Below, in pieces: positions 18,492 to 27,334 of a stretch of 64,000 bases of DNA. Both the position numbers and the translations under genes were made by a program. The stretch lies in assembly GCA_902762295.1 (NCBI GenBank), contig CACWNX010000001.1, positions 150,702-214,701 on the forward strand, read 5' to 3'. This DNA is from an uncultured Pseudomonadota bacterium. Lineage in GTDB: Bacteria; Pseudomonadota; Alphaproteobacteria; Rs-D84. Position 1 is the stretch's first letter. Each line of letters starts with the position of its first letter. Under the pieces are notes generated by a model that worked only from the letters and a program-made list of their open reading frames with translations, was not told where the DNA came from and ran no database searches.

Positions 18492-19505
18492 TTACACACG
18501 CACATATCCAGAATCTGATTTTTGAATTAGACCCTGCAATTCCAGTATCACCAATTCACGTTTAATTTCCGAAATATTTTTTCCGACAATTTCTGCCAAT
18601 ACAGATTCAGATACTGGAACCGTTCCAATATTATCTAAAACAATATTTTCCGATTCGGATTTTTTTTGTTTTTTTACTTCCGATTTTTCATCTGGAAAAA
18701 AATCTTTTGCCCCCATACACAAAGTGGCCCGCCCAGACCGAATCAATGAATTTGGTCCAACCGCGCGGGAATCCGCCGGATGTGATGGAATCGCATAAAT
18801 TGGCCGACCGTATTCTTGGGCAAATGTCGCTGTTTTCATACTGCCCGATTGCGAATCGGCCTCGCCCACTATCAGTTTTGATGCAATTCCTGCAATAATA
18901 CGATTTCGCTGAACAAAATTTGAACCAACCGGTACAAATCCAATCGGCATTTCACTAATCACTGCGCCACGTTCCAGAATTTCGTAATACAGCCGTTCGT
19001 TTTCAACCGGCCATATATAATCAACACCGCCCCCCAGAACCGCGATTGTGTTCAAATTTCCATTTGCACGCAATGCGCCACGATGCGCCGCGGTATCGGT
19101 CCCCATTGCCATTCCCGACACAACTGCGATATTATGTTCGGCAAATTCATATGCCATATCCGCAACGAAATTCATTCCCGCCGCCGTTGCGTGCCGTGTC
19201 CCCACAATTGCGACCGATTCGCATTTCAGTGTTTCAACATTTCCACGCACTGTTATAATCGGCGGATGATTTTTCACAGACTTTAAATTTATCGGATACA
19301 AATCATCCGAATCGGCAATAAAACGCGCGCCTAATCTTGCCGCTATTTCTATTTCACGTGTAACCGAATCGCGCAAATCCTTTGACGGATTTAAAAATGC
19401 AACCACATCATCCACCGAATCGAAACGCGACATTAAATTATTATATGTCGCCGGTCCAATTTTTGGTGAACGCAGTATCAACAAATGTTCAAATAAATTC
19501 TTCAT
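18492..19505 (-). CDS. dprA: DNA-processing protein DprA
   Basis: Rossmann-like core (VAIVGTRHATAAG...VSGMAMGTDTAAHRGAL...GGGVDYIWP) and a C-terminal winged-helix-like tail. Start set at the ATG at 19505 (MKNLFEHL), downstream of a terminator that lies inside the longer ORF. Confidence 0.9.
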   Translation of the reverse strand: MKNLFEHLLILRSPKIGPATYNNLMSRFDSVDDVVAFLNPSKDLRDSVTREIEIAARLGARFIADSDDLYPINLKSVKNHPPIITVRGNVETLKCESVAIVGTRHATAAGMNFVADMAYEFAEHNIAVVSGMAMGTDTAAHRGALRANGNLNTIAVLGGGVDYIWPVENERLYYEILERGAVISEMPIGFVPVGSNFVQRNRIIAGIASKLIVGEADSQSGSMKTATFAQEYGRPIYAIPSHPADSRAVGPNSLIRSGRATLCMGAKDFFPDEKSEVKKQKKSESENIVLDNIGTVPVSESVLAEIVGKNISEIKRELVILELQGLIQKSDSGYVRV

Positions 19506-19546
19506 ATCACACACTATAAGATTATTATCAAACGAATCGCAAGAAA

Positions 19547-19566
19547 AAACGCCCAAACGGGCGTTT
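19547..19566 (-). terminator. Terminator after the 19588-20427 gene
   Basis: AAACGCCC-AAAC-GGGCGTTT with a T-run on the minus strand. Confidence 0.6.
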
Positions 19567-19587
19567 AAAATCTTATATTTACTTTGC

Positions 19588-20427
19588 TTACAAACTAAGC
19601 AACACATCAAAGTCAAATTCATCACAATGTTCGTTCTTTGACCCCGCCGGCAATTTTGCACATGCCGCCTGTAATTTCTTTAAATCCGTGATGAACGAAT
19701 CATAACGTGAATCTTGCTTGTTTTTCAATGTCAACAACTGGGATTTCAACAAAGTCTTTTCATCCATATCCTTTTGACCTTGAACTTTGCCACCAATCGC
19801 GGCATTTCCGAACAATTCCATTGCACCGACACCAACGGCCGCACCACCAACCGCACCACCAACCGTTGCCCATGTGCGTCCAGACTTCTTGACATCCAAA
19901 ATACGTTGTTTTAATGTCTCTTCATCAACCCACGAACCACAGTTTATAATATCACCCCATTGAAAATATCTACTTGGAATATCCGATGTTGCGATACGCG
20001 CATCGCTTGACCGGATATCAACTTTTACAAAGCAAACATTATTTTCCGGATTTTCAACATCTTCCTGCATAGTGGCATAATTATTAGTATTACTGTACCG
20101 CGATGCCCAAACAAAAGTATTACCAATACCGATATTATTATTCAGACATGCTGCGCGTTCGACCTCGCGTTGATCTTTTTCGGAAACCTTTGGACCATTT
20201 GGTTTTACATCATCGTCTTTGATACTTGGCGAACGAGGCTCTGTACTTAATGAAATATCTGGGGTTGTTAGTTGATTCTTTGATGCAATCAATGCACGAT
20301 TCGAACTTTGTTTACCATAATTTGTTGCCGACATTCCCGTCATCCCAACACGCGGATCACGCGCACCCGTTGCCGCGAACACCGCCACCGGCATCATCAT
20401 AATTAACAACATAAAATATTTTTTCAT
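19588..20427 (-). CDS. Secreted hypothetical protein with a Gly-zipper-like segment
   Basis: 279 aa. Signal peptide MKKYFMLLIMMMPVAVFAATG, then GGAVGGAAVGVGAMELFGNAAIGG. RBS AGGAGGG. Confidence 0.6.
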   Translation of the reverse strand: MKKYFMLLIMMMPVAVFAATGARDPRVGMTGMSATNYGKQSSNRALIASKNQLTTPDISLSTEPRSPSIKDDDVKPNGPKVSEKDQREVERAACLNNNIGIGNTFVWASRYSNTNNYATMQEDVENPENNVCFVKVDIRSSDARIATSDIPSRYFQWGDIINCGSWVDEETLKQRILDVKKSGRTWATVGGAVGGAAVGVGAMELFGNAAIGGKVQGQKDMDEKTLLKSQLLTLKNKQDSRYDSFITDLKKLQAACAKLPAGSKNEHCDEFDFDVLLSL

Positions 20428-20504
20428 ATTTGAAACCCTCCTAGATACACGAAATTATTATACCATAAAATGGGCAAAAAATAAAGTGCAAAACTTTTTT
20501 CGGT

Positions 20505-21092
20505 CTACTTTTTCCACTTCCACTTTATCTGCGATTCGGTTCCACCAACCAAACGGCCGATATTTTCTGTGTGCCGCCACAAACACAGCAAACAAATCCC
20601 GAGTATTGCCAGACCAATCCGCCACCCAATTACAAAACCCAATAATGGTGCGACAACAAATACCGTTAATGCCCCCAGTGACGAATACCCCAAAGACAAC
20701 GCAACAATCAACCATTCTGTGCCACAAATTACAAACATCATCGGGTTCAATGCCAACACAACCCCAAACAAACAAGACACACCTTTGCCCCCATGAAATT
20801 TCAACCAAAGCGGGAAACAATGTCCAACCACCGCGGCAAAACCACACCAGGCCCCAAATGTGTCGCCCCCAATGGCGCACCCAAGCAAAACCGCCAAAAT
20901 CGCCTTGGCCATATCTAACAACCACACCAACCCCGCAAGACGCAATCCACCGACACGCATAACATTGGTCGCCCCTATATTGCCACTGCCAACTTTACGT
21001 AAATCACCCCGCCCGGTCAGACGCGTCATCAGTATTCCCATTGGAATAGACCCCATCAAATATCCCAAAATAATTCCGAATATATATAACAT
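20505..21092 (-). CDS. plsY: Glycerol-3-phosphate acyltransferase PlsY
   Basis: 195 aa, polytopic, with GSIPMGIL...GSGNIGATNVMR motifs. Confidence 0.9.
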   Translation of the reverse strand: MLYIFGIILGYLMGSIPMGILMTRLTGRGDLRKVGSGNIGATNVMRVGGLRLAGLVWLLDMAKAILAVLLGCAIGGDTFGAWCGFAAVVGHCFPLWLKFHGGKGVSCLFGVVLALNPMMFVICGTEWLIVALSLGYSSLGALTVFVVAPLLGFVIGWRIGLAILGICLLCLWRHTENIGRLVGGTESQIKWKWKK

Positions 21093-21166
21093 TGTTATTT
21101 TTCCTTGATTTTATGTTTGTTTTCTATAAAATACCAGAAAACAATAACAAATAAAAGGAAAATAAA

Positions 21167-21427
21167 GTGGCAAACCACAAATCATCTAAAAAAAGAATCT
21201 TGGTCACGGCAAAGAAAAATGCTGTCAATACTGCACGTCGCAGTGCGGTCAAAACTGAAAACAAAAAGGCCGTAAAGGCAATCGCATCTGGGGACAAAGC
21301 GGCGGCGGTCGCGGCGGTTCGCAGCGCGGAAAGCAAAATGATGAAGGCCGCCGGCAAAGTTATGCCGAAAAAACGCGCCTCTCGTAAAGTATCCCGTTTA
21401 ACCAAGGCGGCGGCTAAATTATCATAA
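21167..21427 (+). CDS. rpsT: 30S ribosomal protein S20
   Basis: 86 aa, MANHKSSKKRI..., very basic and Ala/Lys-rich. Confidence 0.95.
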   Translation: MANHKSSKKRILVTAKKNAVNTARRSAVKTENKKAVKAIASGDKAAAVAAVRSAESKMMKAAGKVMPKKRASRKVSRLTKAAAKLS

Positions 21428-21448
21428 TTGACCAAAAGAAAAAAATTT

Positions 21449-21469
21449 GGCGTGCGTTTTCTGCACGCC
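21449..21469 (+). terminator. Terminator after rpsT
   Basis: GGCGTGC-GTTTTCT-GCACGCC followed by TTTTGTTG. Confidence 0.55.
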
Positions 21470-21499
21470 TTTTGTTGTGTAATAAATACAATTAAAAAA

Positions 21500-21823
21500 T
21501 TATCTGTGACGACCGCGCACAATCTGACGACCACGCAAATGGGCAATTCTGAATAAAGCATCTATGTGGTCATCGGTTAAAAAAATCTCTTGGTCATCAG
21601 AATCAAAAACCGCGCCACCACCCGATTTATATTTATGAATTCTGTATCCGCCCGTTAAAGAAAAGAATGCACCAACCGGATCCCATATTAAATTATTTTC
21701 AATTCTGATTAAATCTGCCAATGCCAGAAACATACCATGTTCTACATTTGCATCATAATTCTTACGATGTAATCGGTCAACACCATCATTTGGTTCAATA
21801 CTAACCTGCATATTTGCACCCAT
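21500..21823 (-). CDS. Hypothetical protein with a basic C-terminal tail
   Basis: 107 aa from the ATG at 21823 (MGANMQVS), 6 nt after AAGGAG. No motif recognised. Confidence 0.45.
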   Translation of the reverse strand: MGANMQVSIEPNDGVDRLHRKNYDANVEHGMFLALADLIRIENNLIWDPVGAFFSLTGGYRIHKYKSGGGAVFDSDDQEIFLTDDHIDALFRIAHLRGRQIVRGRHR

Positions 21824-21910
21824 AAATAACTCCTTCGGTTTGCGTAATATAAATATAGCACGCAAAGAATAATAATCACAACATTAATTTGACAAAAGAT
21901 TTTATTACTA

Positions 21911-21937
21911 AAAAAGTCACCTTGCGGTGACTTTTTT
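21911..21937 (-). terminator. Terminator after the secretin gene
   Basis: AAAAAGTCACC-TTGC-GGTGACTTTTT. Confidence 0.65.
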
Positions 21938-21940
21938 TCT

Positions 21941-23566
21941 TTAGTTCAATGGTGCGCCCCAATGCTGTTGTATACTGCGTTCGGCATCCATTGGGCTGAC
22001 CAAAACCTGTGGGGTCAAAATAACAACCAACACATCACGTTGAGATGCGGTTTCACGAGATCCCGACAGCATCATAAAGTCTGGGTCGCCCAATCCATAG
22101 CGTGTATCGTTGTTGGTTTGTTTTTCAAATCCCGAAACGACCAACATTTGCCCAGACTCCATAATAACTTCTTGCATAAAGCTGCGTTCTTCAACCTCTG
22201 GTAATTGCAATGTGACCTCGCCAATTGTTTGGGACGACATCTTTAACAATTCGCGCACCGACATTCTGAACAGCAATAATATCTTGCCATTTTCCAAAAT
22301 GTTCGGCAACAACTGCATTGAAAATCCGGTTTCCAAATTATCCTGATCAACGGTACTGGATTCAACCGTTGTAAAATTACGCGATTCAAACCGCTTTATA
22401 TATCCGGTTGTTTTTGTATTGTTCACCGGCGCAACACGGTTATTACGCGTTGTCACACCAACATTTGTCACCAACGATACCTTGCCTTGCTTTGCCAATG
22501 CCTCTATCAAGGCGGTACTACCAGCAACACCCGACAACGAACCGTTGTTTATTTGATCCGAAGTATATGCCCCCGGCACAGTGTTTCCGCCTTCGGTATG
22601 TGTCATACCGGTCAAAGACGACAAAGTATTTGATAATACGGCAATGTTCATAGAACTGGCCTCGGTTGTTGCTAAATTATTTTTTGGATTTGCAACAATA
22701 TTTAATCCAGATGCCGAATTTATCGCCGCCGCCAAATTCAAACCAAATGCCGAATCGTTGGCAATTGAAACCTGCAGCACTTTGACATCTATGGTCACCA
22801 ACTGGGACAAGCGACGATTTTGACGCGCAATATAATCACTGACACGATTCAACACCGATGGTGGTGCCGTCACCGTAATTGTGCCCAAACTGCGCGATAC
22901 GGTAAAATTCGTATTTTCTGTTTTACCAACAATAGATGCAATCGTGCTTTCCACTTCGTCCCACTCTTTCAATGTAGATTCCAAGAACACTTGATTTCCA
23001 TCATCGGTTTGAACAGATGATTGATATGAAACATCGGTCCCCAGCGCATATAATGTATATGTCTTGGTTTCGGTTTCATAGAAAACAATTGACGATTTAT
23101 CGTAATACCATAATAAATCCAAATCTGTCGCGACCTGGGACAATAACCCAGAAAGTTTCCCAGTATAGGCGACATTCATCGTCTTTTTCAATTTATCCGA
23201 TGCAACTTGGCTGTCAATTTTAACCGGAATTTGAGTAATAGATGTAATGTTATTTGCCAACACCTGTAATGTGACCGGTTCGTTCAGCATTATCGTCACG
23301 CCCGTATCGGTTTCGTATTGTTTTGGTAAATTATTTTTATGTTCAACCAATGTAGAACGGTCGCCCAACCAAACCCCCTCGGACATAGAAACAGTGTCAC
23401 CACTGGCAACCTTGGCACGCGGATTTTTTGCCATTTCAAATGCATCATATACATTTACAAAATCTTGGTCAACCGATGCTGCAACTTTTGCAGATTCACG
23501 GTACGCACAACCTGCAAACCCGACAATTGAAAAAATTACCGCAAAAATTTTTACAAATTTTGTCAT
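21941..23566 (-). CDS. Lipoprotein secretin (type IVb pilus TcpC/PilN-like)
   Basis: 541 aa. Lipobox VGFAG/C. C-terminal secretin-like core (FSMQLLPNILENGKILLLF...LVVSGFEKQ...YGLGDPDFMMLSG...RDVLVVILTPQVL). Confidence 0.6.
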   Translation of the reverse strand: MTKFVKIFAVIFSIVGFAGCAYRESAKVAASVDQDFVNVYDAFEMAKNPRAKVASGDTVSMSEGVWLGDRSTLVEHKNNLPKQYETDTGVTIMLNEPVTLQVLANNITSITQIPVKIDSQVASDKLKKTMNVAYTGKLSGLLSQVATDLDLLWYYDKSSIVFYETETKTYTLYALGTDVSYQSSVQTDDGNQVFLESTLKEWDEVESTIASIVGKTENTNFTVSRSLGTITVTAPPSVLNRVSDYIARQNRRLSQLVTIDVKVLQVSIANDSAFGLNLAAAINSASGLNIVANPKNNLATTEASSMNIAVLSNTLSSLTGMTHTEGGNTVPGAYTSDQINNGSLSGVAGSTALIEALAKQGKVSLVTNVGVTTRNNRVAPVNNTKTTGYIKRFESRNFTTVESSTVDQDNLETGFSMQLLPNILENGKILLLFRMSVRELLKMSSQTIGEVTLQLPEVEERSFMQEVIMESGQMLVVSGFEKQTNNDTRYGLGDPDFMMLSGSRETASQRDVLVVILTPQVLVSPMDAERSIQQHWGAPLN

Positions 23567-23593
23567 ATATTTATCTCCTACAATCTTGTATCA

Positions 23594-24565
23594 TTATTCT
23601 TCGGTTGTGGAAACGACCAAGACACGATTTCCTTTATAGAATTTGGCATACGGTACCGGTATTGCACGACCAAAATTGCGAACAACGGCCGATGCAACAT
23701 CAACAAAGCGTCCTTTGAACACCGCACTTGCCTGGATTGGATACTCACGCGATGTTGCCCAGACTAAATCCCATCCTTCTTTATCACACCATGACTGTAA
23801 AACTTCGCGTAATGTTTGCCCGCTGGCGACAACCCACGAACGCACCTGGTCTTGCAACGCAGTCGCCGATTCGGCATCCCCAGATATATCAACCGATATT
23901 TCTGTATCGCCCGACACCAACAAAGTGTCTTCGCCACCATCGGTCATAATTGTCCGTTCGGTCAATCCGTTCTTCGCCAAATACGCATCATATCCACTGG
24001 CATACTTTGCACAGTTTCTGCGACCACTGCGCGACATTGCTAAAACATTTCCGCCATCATCCTCTAAAACCTCGCGATGCAACAACGGCATTTCCGAACC
24101 ATACGCGCATTCATCATCAAATCCGACCGGAATCTGGTTTCCATGCAGCATATTTGCACCGCCCGACCAACCGTCACCATTTGCACCCAAATTAAAATTA
24201 TTTTCAACGACTAAATCCGCACCGATTTTAGAAACAATTCTTATATTATCAGACTTCTGGGATTTTGAACATGCCTTGCTATCACAGGCGACCGTAACAT
24301 CGGCATCAGACCCCGCCAACGGCCATGCCGGTATAACCATCGGCATTACCGGCTGGGGCACAGCAACCGGTTGTGGTTGTTCCACATAATAGTCATCGTA
24401 CACATCGTTTTGATACATATCATCATATGATTGTTCTTCGGTATTAACCGTCCGTTCATCTTCATAGAAAACTTCGGATGTGACAACCTGGGGCAATTTT
24501 GACGCGGCAAAGCAATACCCCGCAGCCGTTGCGAGCATTGCAGCAATAAGAATCTTACGAAACAT
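23594..24565 (-). CDS. Secreted protein with a TcpQ-like C-terminal domain
   Basis: 323 aa with a signal peptide. The C-terminus (WVVASGQTLREVLQSWCDKEGWDLVW...YPIQASAVFKGRFVDVAS) resembles the TcpQ/PilL-type domain. It sits immediately upstream of the secretin. Confidence 0.5.
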   Translation of the reverse strand: MFRKILIAAMLATAAGYCFAASKLPQVVTSEVFYEDERTVNTEEQSYDDMYQNDVYDDYYVEQPQPVAVPQPVMPMVIPAWPLAGSDADVTVACDSKACSKSQKSDNIRIVSKIGADLVVENNFNLGANGDGWSGGANMLHGNQIPVGFDDECAYGSEMPLLHREVLEDDGGNVLAMSRSGRRNCAKYASGYDAYLAKNGLTERTIMTDGGEDTLLVSGDTEISVDISGDAESATALQDQVRSWVVASGQTLREVLQSWCDKEGWDLVWATSREYPIQASAVFKGRFVDVASAVVRNFGRAIPVPYAKFYKGNRVLVVSTTEE

Positions 24566-24740
24566 TTTCCTTTCCTTTTCCTAAATTATTTCCTTTACTG
24601 ACACACTTATTATAACAATTTGACCGAATCTGTGCAAGACATAAAATGCCATATTGACGTGTTTTTAAAAAATTTTTATTAAAAATCGCACGAATCGGTA
24701 AAAGATGATATACTCAACACCGAAGCCAAAGGGGTTGTAT

Positions 24741-25292
24741 ATGTTTTTTACTGTTTTGTTCATTATTTTAGGTGTACTGATTTTAGTATGTTGTGCCGAA
24801 TTTTTCATGATTTCAAAAATCAGCCATCGTATAAACGATTTAGAAAAAAATATTTCATACCAGTGTAATTTGATTGTGAAAATTCAAAATTTACTGAAAA
24901 GCAAATCTGCAACAAATGCGGTTGCCGAACACGCAGAAATGATTTATCAAGATTTATTACAAAACCTTATTCCAATTCTGGCGACACTGGACGTAATGCC
25001 GCGGAACACATCCGAACACCCATTGTGGCGAACGCTTGGCGGATTATTGGACGAATATGCAAAAAATCCATTTATTATGGAAAAATTGCGCCGTGCAATA
25101 AAACTTGATACCGAAGTTAAGCGCAATGTATCAAACTATATGAATCGTGCAGACAATTTACTAAAACATTTATCTACCGCCGAACCCGATGGTATTTTAA
25201 CAACAACATTTATAAACGGACTGCTGGGGCAATCATTAACTTTCTTTACCCAGGCATACCAACTTGCAACCGATACAGAATCTGATAAATGA
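24741..25292 (+). CDS. Single-pass membrane protein of unknown function, translationally coupled to sufB
   Basis: Start set at the ATG at 24741 (MFFTVLFIILGVLILVCC), 7 nt after AAGGGG. Its stop overlaps the sufB ATG (ATGA at 25289-25292). Confidence 0.5.
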   Translation: MFFTVLFIILGVLILVCCAEFFMISKISHRINDLEKNISYQCNLIVKIQNLLKSKSATNAVAEHAEMIYQDLLQNLIPILATLDVMPRNTSEHPLWRTLGGLLDEYAKNPFIMEKLRRAIKLDTEVKRNVSNYMNRADNLLKHLSTAEPDGILTTTFINGLLGQSLTFFTQAYQLATDTESDK

Positions 25293-26626
25293 CGGGGCCG
25301 ACCGAAAATCTTGTATATGAAATTTCGCAAATGCGTGGTGAACCCAAATGGTTAACCGACTGGCGAATCGGTGCATTGCACGTATGGCAAAACATGCGTG
25401 AACCACACTGGGGCGAAATAGAATACGCACCCATAGATTATGATAAATTGAATTACTATAATGTGCAAAAACCGATTGACAATCGCGATTTAAAATCAAC
25501 ATATGACAAAATGGGATTACCCGAAAACGAACAGCGCGCATTGCTGGGGATGGCAACCGACACCGTCATCGACAGTTCATCTGTACATACATCCTATACG
25601 GCGGAATTAGCCGCACGCGGCATTATATTCTTACCATTTTCCGAAGCTGTTAAACAATACCCAGATTTAGTAAAAAAATACCTTGGGACGGTTGTTCCGC
25701 CAACCGACAATTTCTTTGCCGCATTAAATTCGGCGGTCTTTTCCGATGGAACATTTGTTTACATTCCACCAGATACCGAATGCCCAATTGACTTGGCCAG
25801 TTATTTCAGAATTGAAACTGCAAAAATTGGTCAATTTGAACGCACACTGATTATTGCCGACACCGGTTCAAAATTAAGTTATATGGAAGGTTGCAGTGCA
25901 CCGCGCCGTCCAAATCATCAACTGCACAGCGGTGTTGTTGAAATTGTTGTACACGATAATGCACATGTAAAGTACGCAACGGTTCAAAACTGGCACGCGG
26001 GCAATGCCAAATCTGATGGTGCATACAACGACAGTGGCATATTAAATTTTGTGACAAAACGCGGCAAATGTTATACAAATGCACGCCTGGATTGGACCCA
26101 ATTCGAGGTTGGTTCTGCAATGACATGGAAATATCCATCAACAATACTTTATGGCGATAATTCGGCAAGTGATTTTTATTCGTTAACCATTACACGCGCC
26201 GGACAACAATCTGATACCGGGACCAAAATGTTGCACATTGGAAATAATACAACATCAAATATTTTGTCATATGGTGTTGCATTAGATTGGTCGCGTCAAA
26301 CCTTTCGGTCACTGGTTCAAATGTCGGGGCATGGTGGAAAAAATATATCAAAATGCGACACACGCATAATTGGAAATCGCGCAACAACAAATGCATTGCC
26401 CGACATAGTATATGAAAATACAGACAATATACAATCACACGAGGCGGCAACCGGTGCAATTGACGCATCTCAATTATTATACTTGAATATGGCGGGTCTG
26501 GATTCTGATACGGCGGCGGCACTAATTATTGGTTCAATGGCGACACCTATACTGTCACGATTACCAATGGAATTTTTGGTTGAATCAAAGCAACTTATAC
26601 AAATGGCACTATCACCAAAGGGGTAA
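25289..26626 (+). CDS. sufB: Fe-S cluster assembly scaffold SufB
   Basis: 445 aa with GQFERTLIIAD, YMEGCSAP, VQNW, ILNFVTKRG and HEAATGAI motifs. Confidence 0.9.
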   Translation: MTGPTENLVYEISQMRGEPKWLTDWRIGALHVWQNMREPHWGEIEYAPIDYDKLNYYNVQKPIDNRDLKSTYDKMGLPENEQRALLGMATDTVIDSSSVHTSYTAELAARGIIFLPFSEAVKQYPDLVKKYLGTVVPPTDNFFAALNSAVFSDGTFVYIPPDTECPIDLASYFRIETAKIGQFERTLIIADTGSKLSYMEGCSAPRRPNHQLHSGVVEIVVHDNAHVKYATVQNWHAGNAKSDGAYNDSGILNFVTKRGKCYTNARLDWTQFEVGSAMTWKYPSTILYGDNSASDFYSLTITRAGQQSDTGTKMLHIGNNTTSNILSYGVALDWSRQTFRSLVQMSGHGGKNISKCDTRIIGNRATTNALPDIVYENTDNIQSHEAATGAIDASQLLYLNMAGLDSDTAAALIIGSMATPILSRLPMEFLVESKQLIQMALSPKG

Positions 26627-26629
26627 TAA

Positions 26630-27310
26630 ATGATTCTAGAGATAAAAAATTTATCTGTATCATTTGACGGCAAAAAATTATTAAGTAACATAAACATGTC
26701 TGTTGCAAATGGCGCGCGACACCTGTTGTGCGGACATAACGGTTCGGGAAAATCAACATTGGTTGGCGCAATTGCAGGAAATCCAGCGTATAGCACGGAC
26801 AGCGGTAAAATAATTTTTGATGGCCGCGACATAACAAATGAAAATACAACATCACGCGCACTGCTGGGGATTTTTATTGGCGCACAAAATGTCCCCGAAA
26901 TTCCAGGTTTAACAATTATCAGTTTTCTGAAACATTCGCTTGCCGCGCATCATCACTTTCAAACCGGCACCGATTTACCGATGGGTGAATTTTTGGAAAA
27001 TTTGGAAAATGCACGCGAACAATTAGGCATTCCGCGCGAATGGTTAAATCGCTGTGTAAATGTCGGTTTTTCGGGCGGCGAACGCAAACGCATAATGTTA
27101 TTAAGACTTATTTTAACAAAACCCAAACTGGCGATATTGGACGAACCAGATTCTGGCGCAGACATGGCGGTAAAGAAACAAATCGCGGACACAATTAAAT
27201 CTATGCACGACACAACATTTATATTCATCAGTCACCAAAACGATTTCACACAAATGGTTGCACCAACCGATACAACCACTTTATCAAACGGAAAAATTAT
27301 GATAGAATAA
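26630..27310 (+). CDS. sufC: Fe-S cluster assembly ATPase SufC
   Basis: 226 aa. Walker A GHNGSGKST, signature FSGGERKR, Walker B LAILDEPDSG. Confidence 0.9.
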   Translation: MILEIKNLSVSFDGKKLLSNINMSVANGARHLLCGHNGSGKSTLVGAIAGNPAYSTDSGKIIFDGRDITNENTTSRALLGIFIGAQNVPEIPGLTIISFLKHSLAAHHHFQTGTDLPMGEFLENLENAREQLGIPREWLNRCVNVGFSGGERKRIMLLRLILTKPKLAILDEPDSGADMAVKKQIADTIKSMHDTTFIFISHQNDFTQMVAPTDTTTLSNGKIMIE

Positions 27311-27334
27311 TACGAACGATAGAAAGGATTCAAT

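Noticed and set aside
20458-20962. Two overlapping ~155-aa ORFs (20458-20925 minus, 20486-20962 plus)
   Set aside because: They overlap plsY, whose frame carries clear PlsY motifs. The alternative frames give W/C/R-rich or P/T/Q-rich nonsense products.
23643-24389. A 248-aa plus-strand ORF
   Set aside because: It lies entirely antisense to the TcpQ-like gene, has no RBS, and gives a Ser/Pro/Thr-rich product typical of antisense frames. The minus-strand frame has a signal peptide and a recognisable domain.
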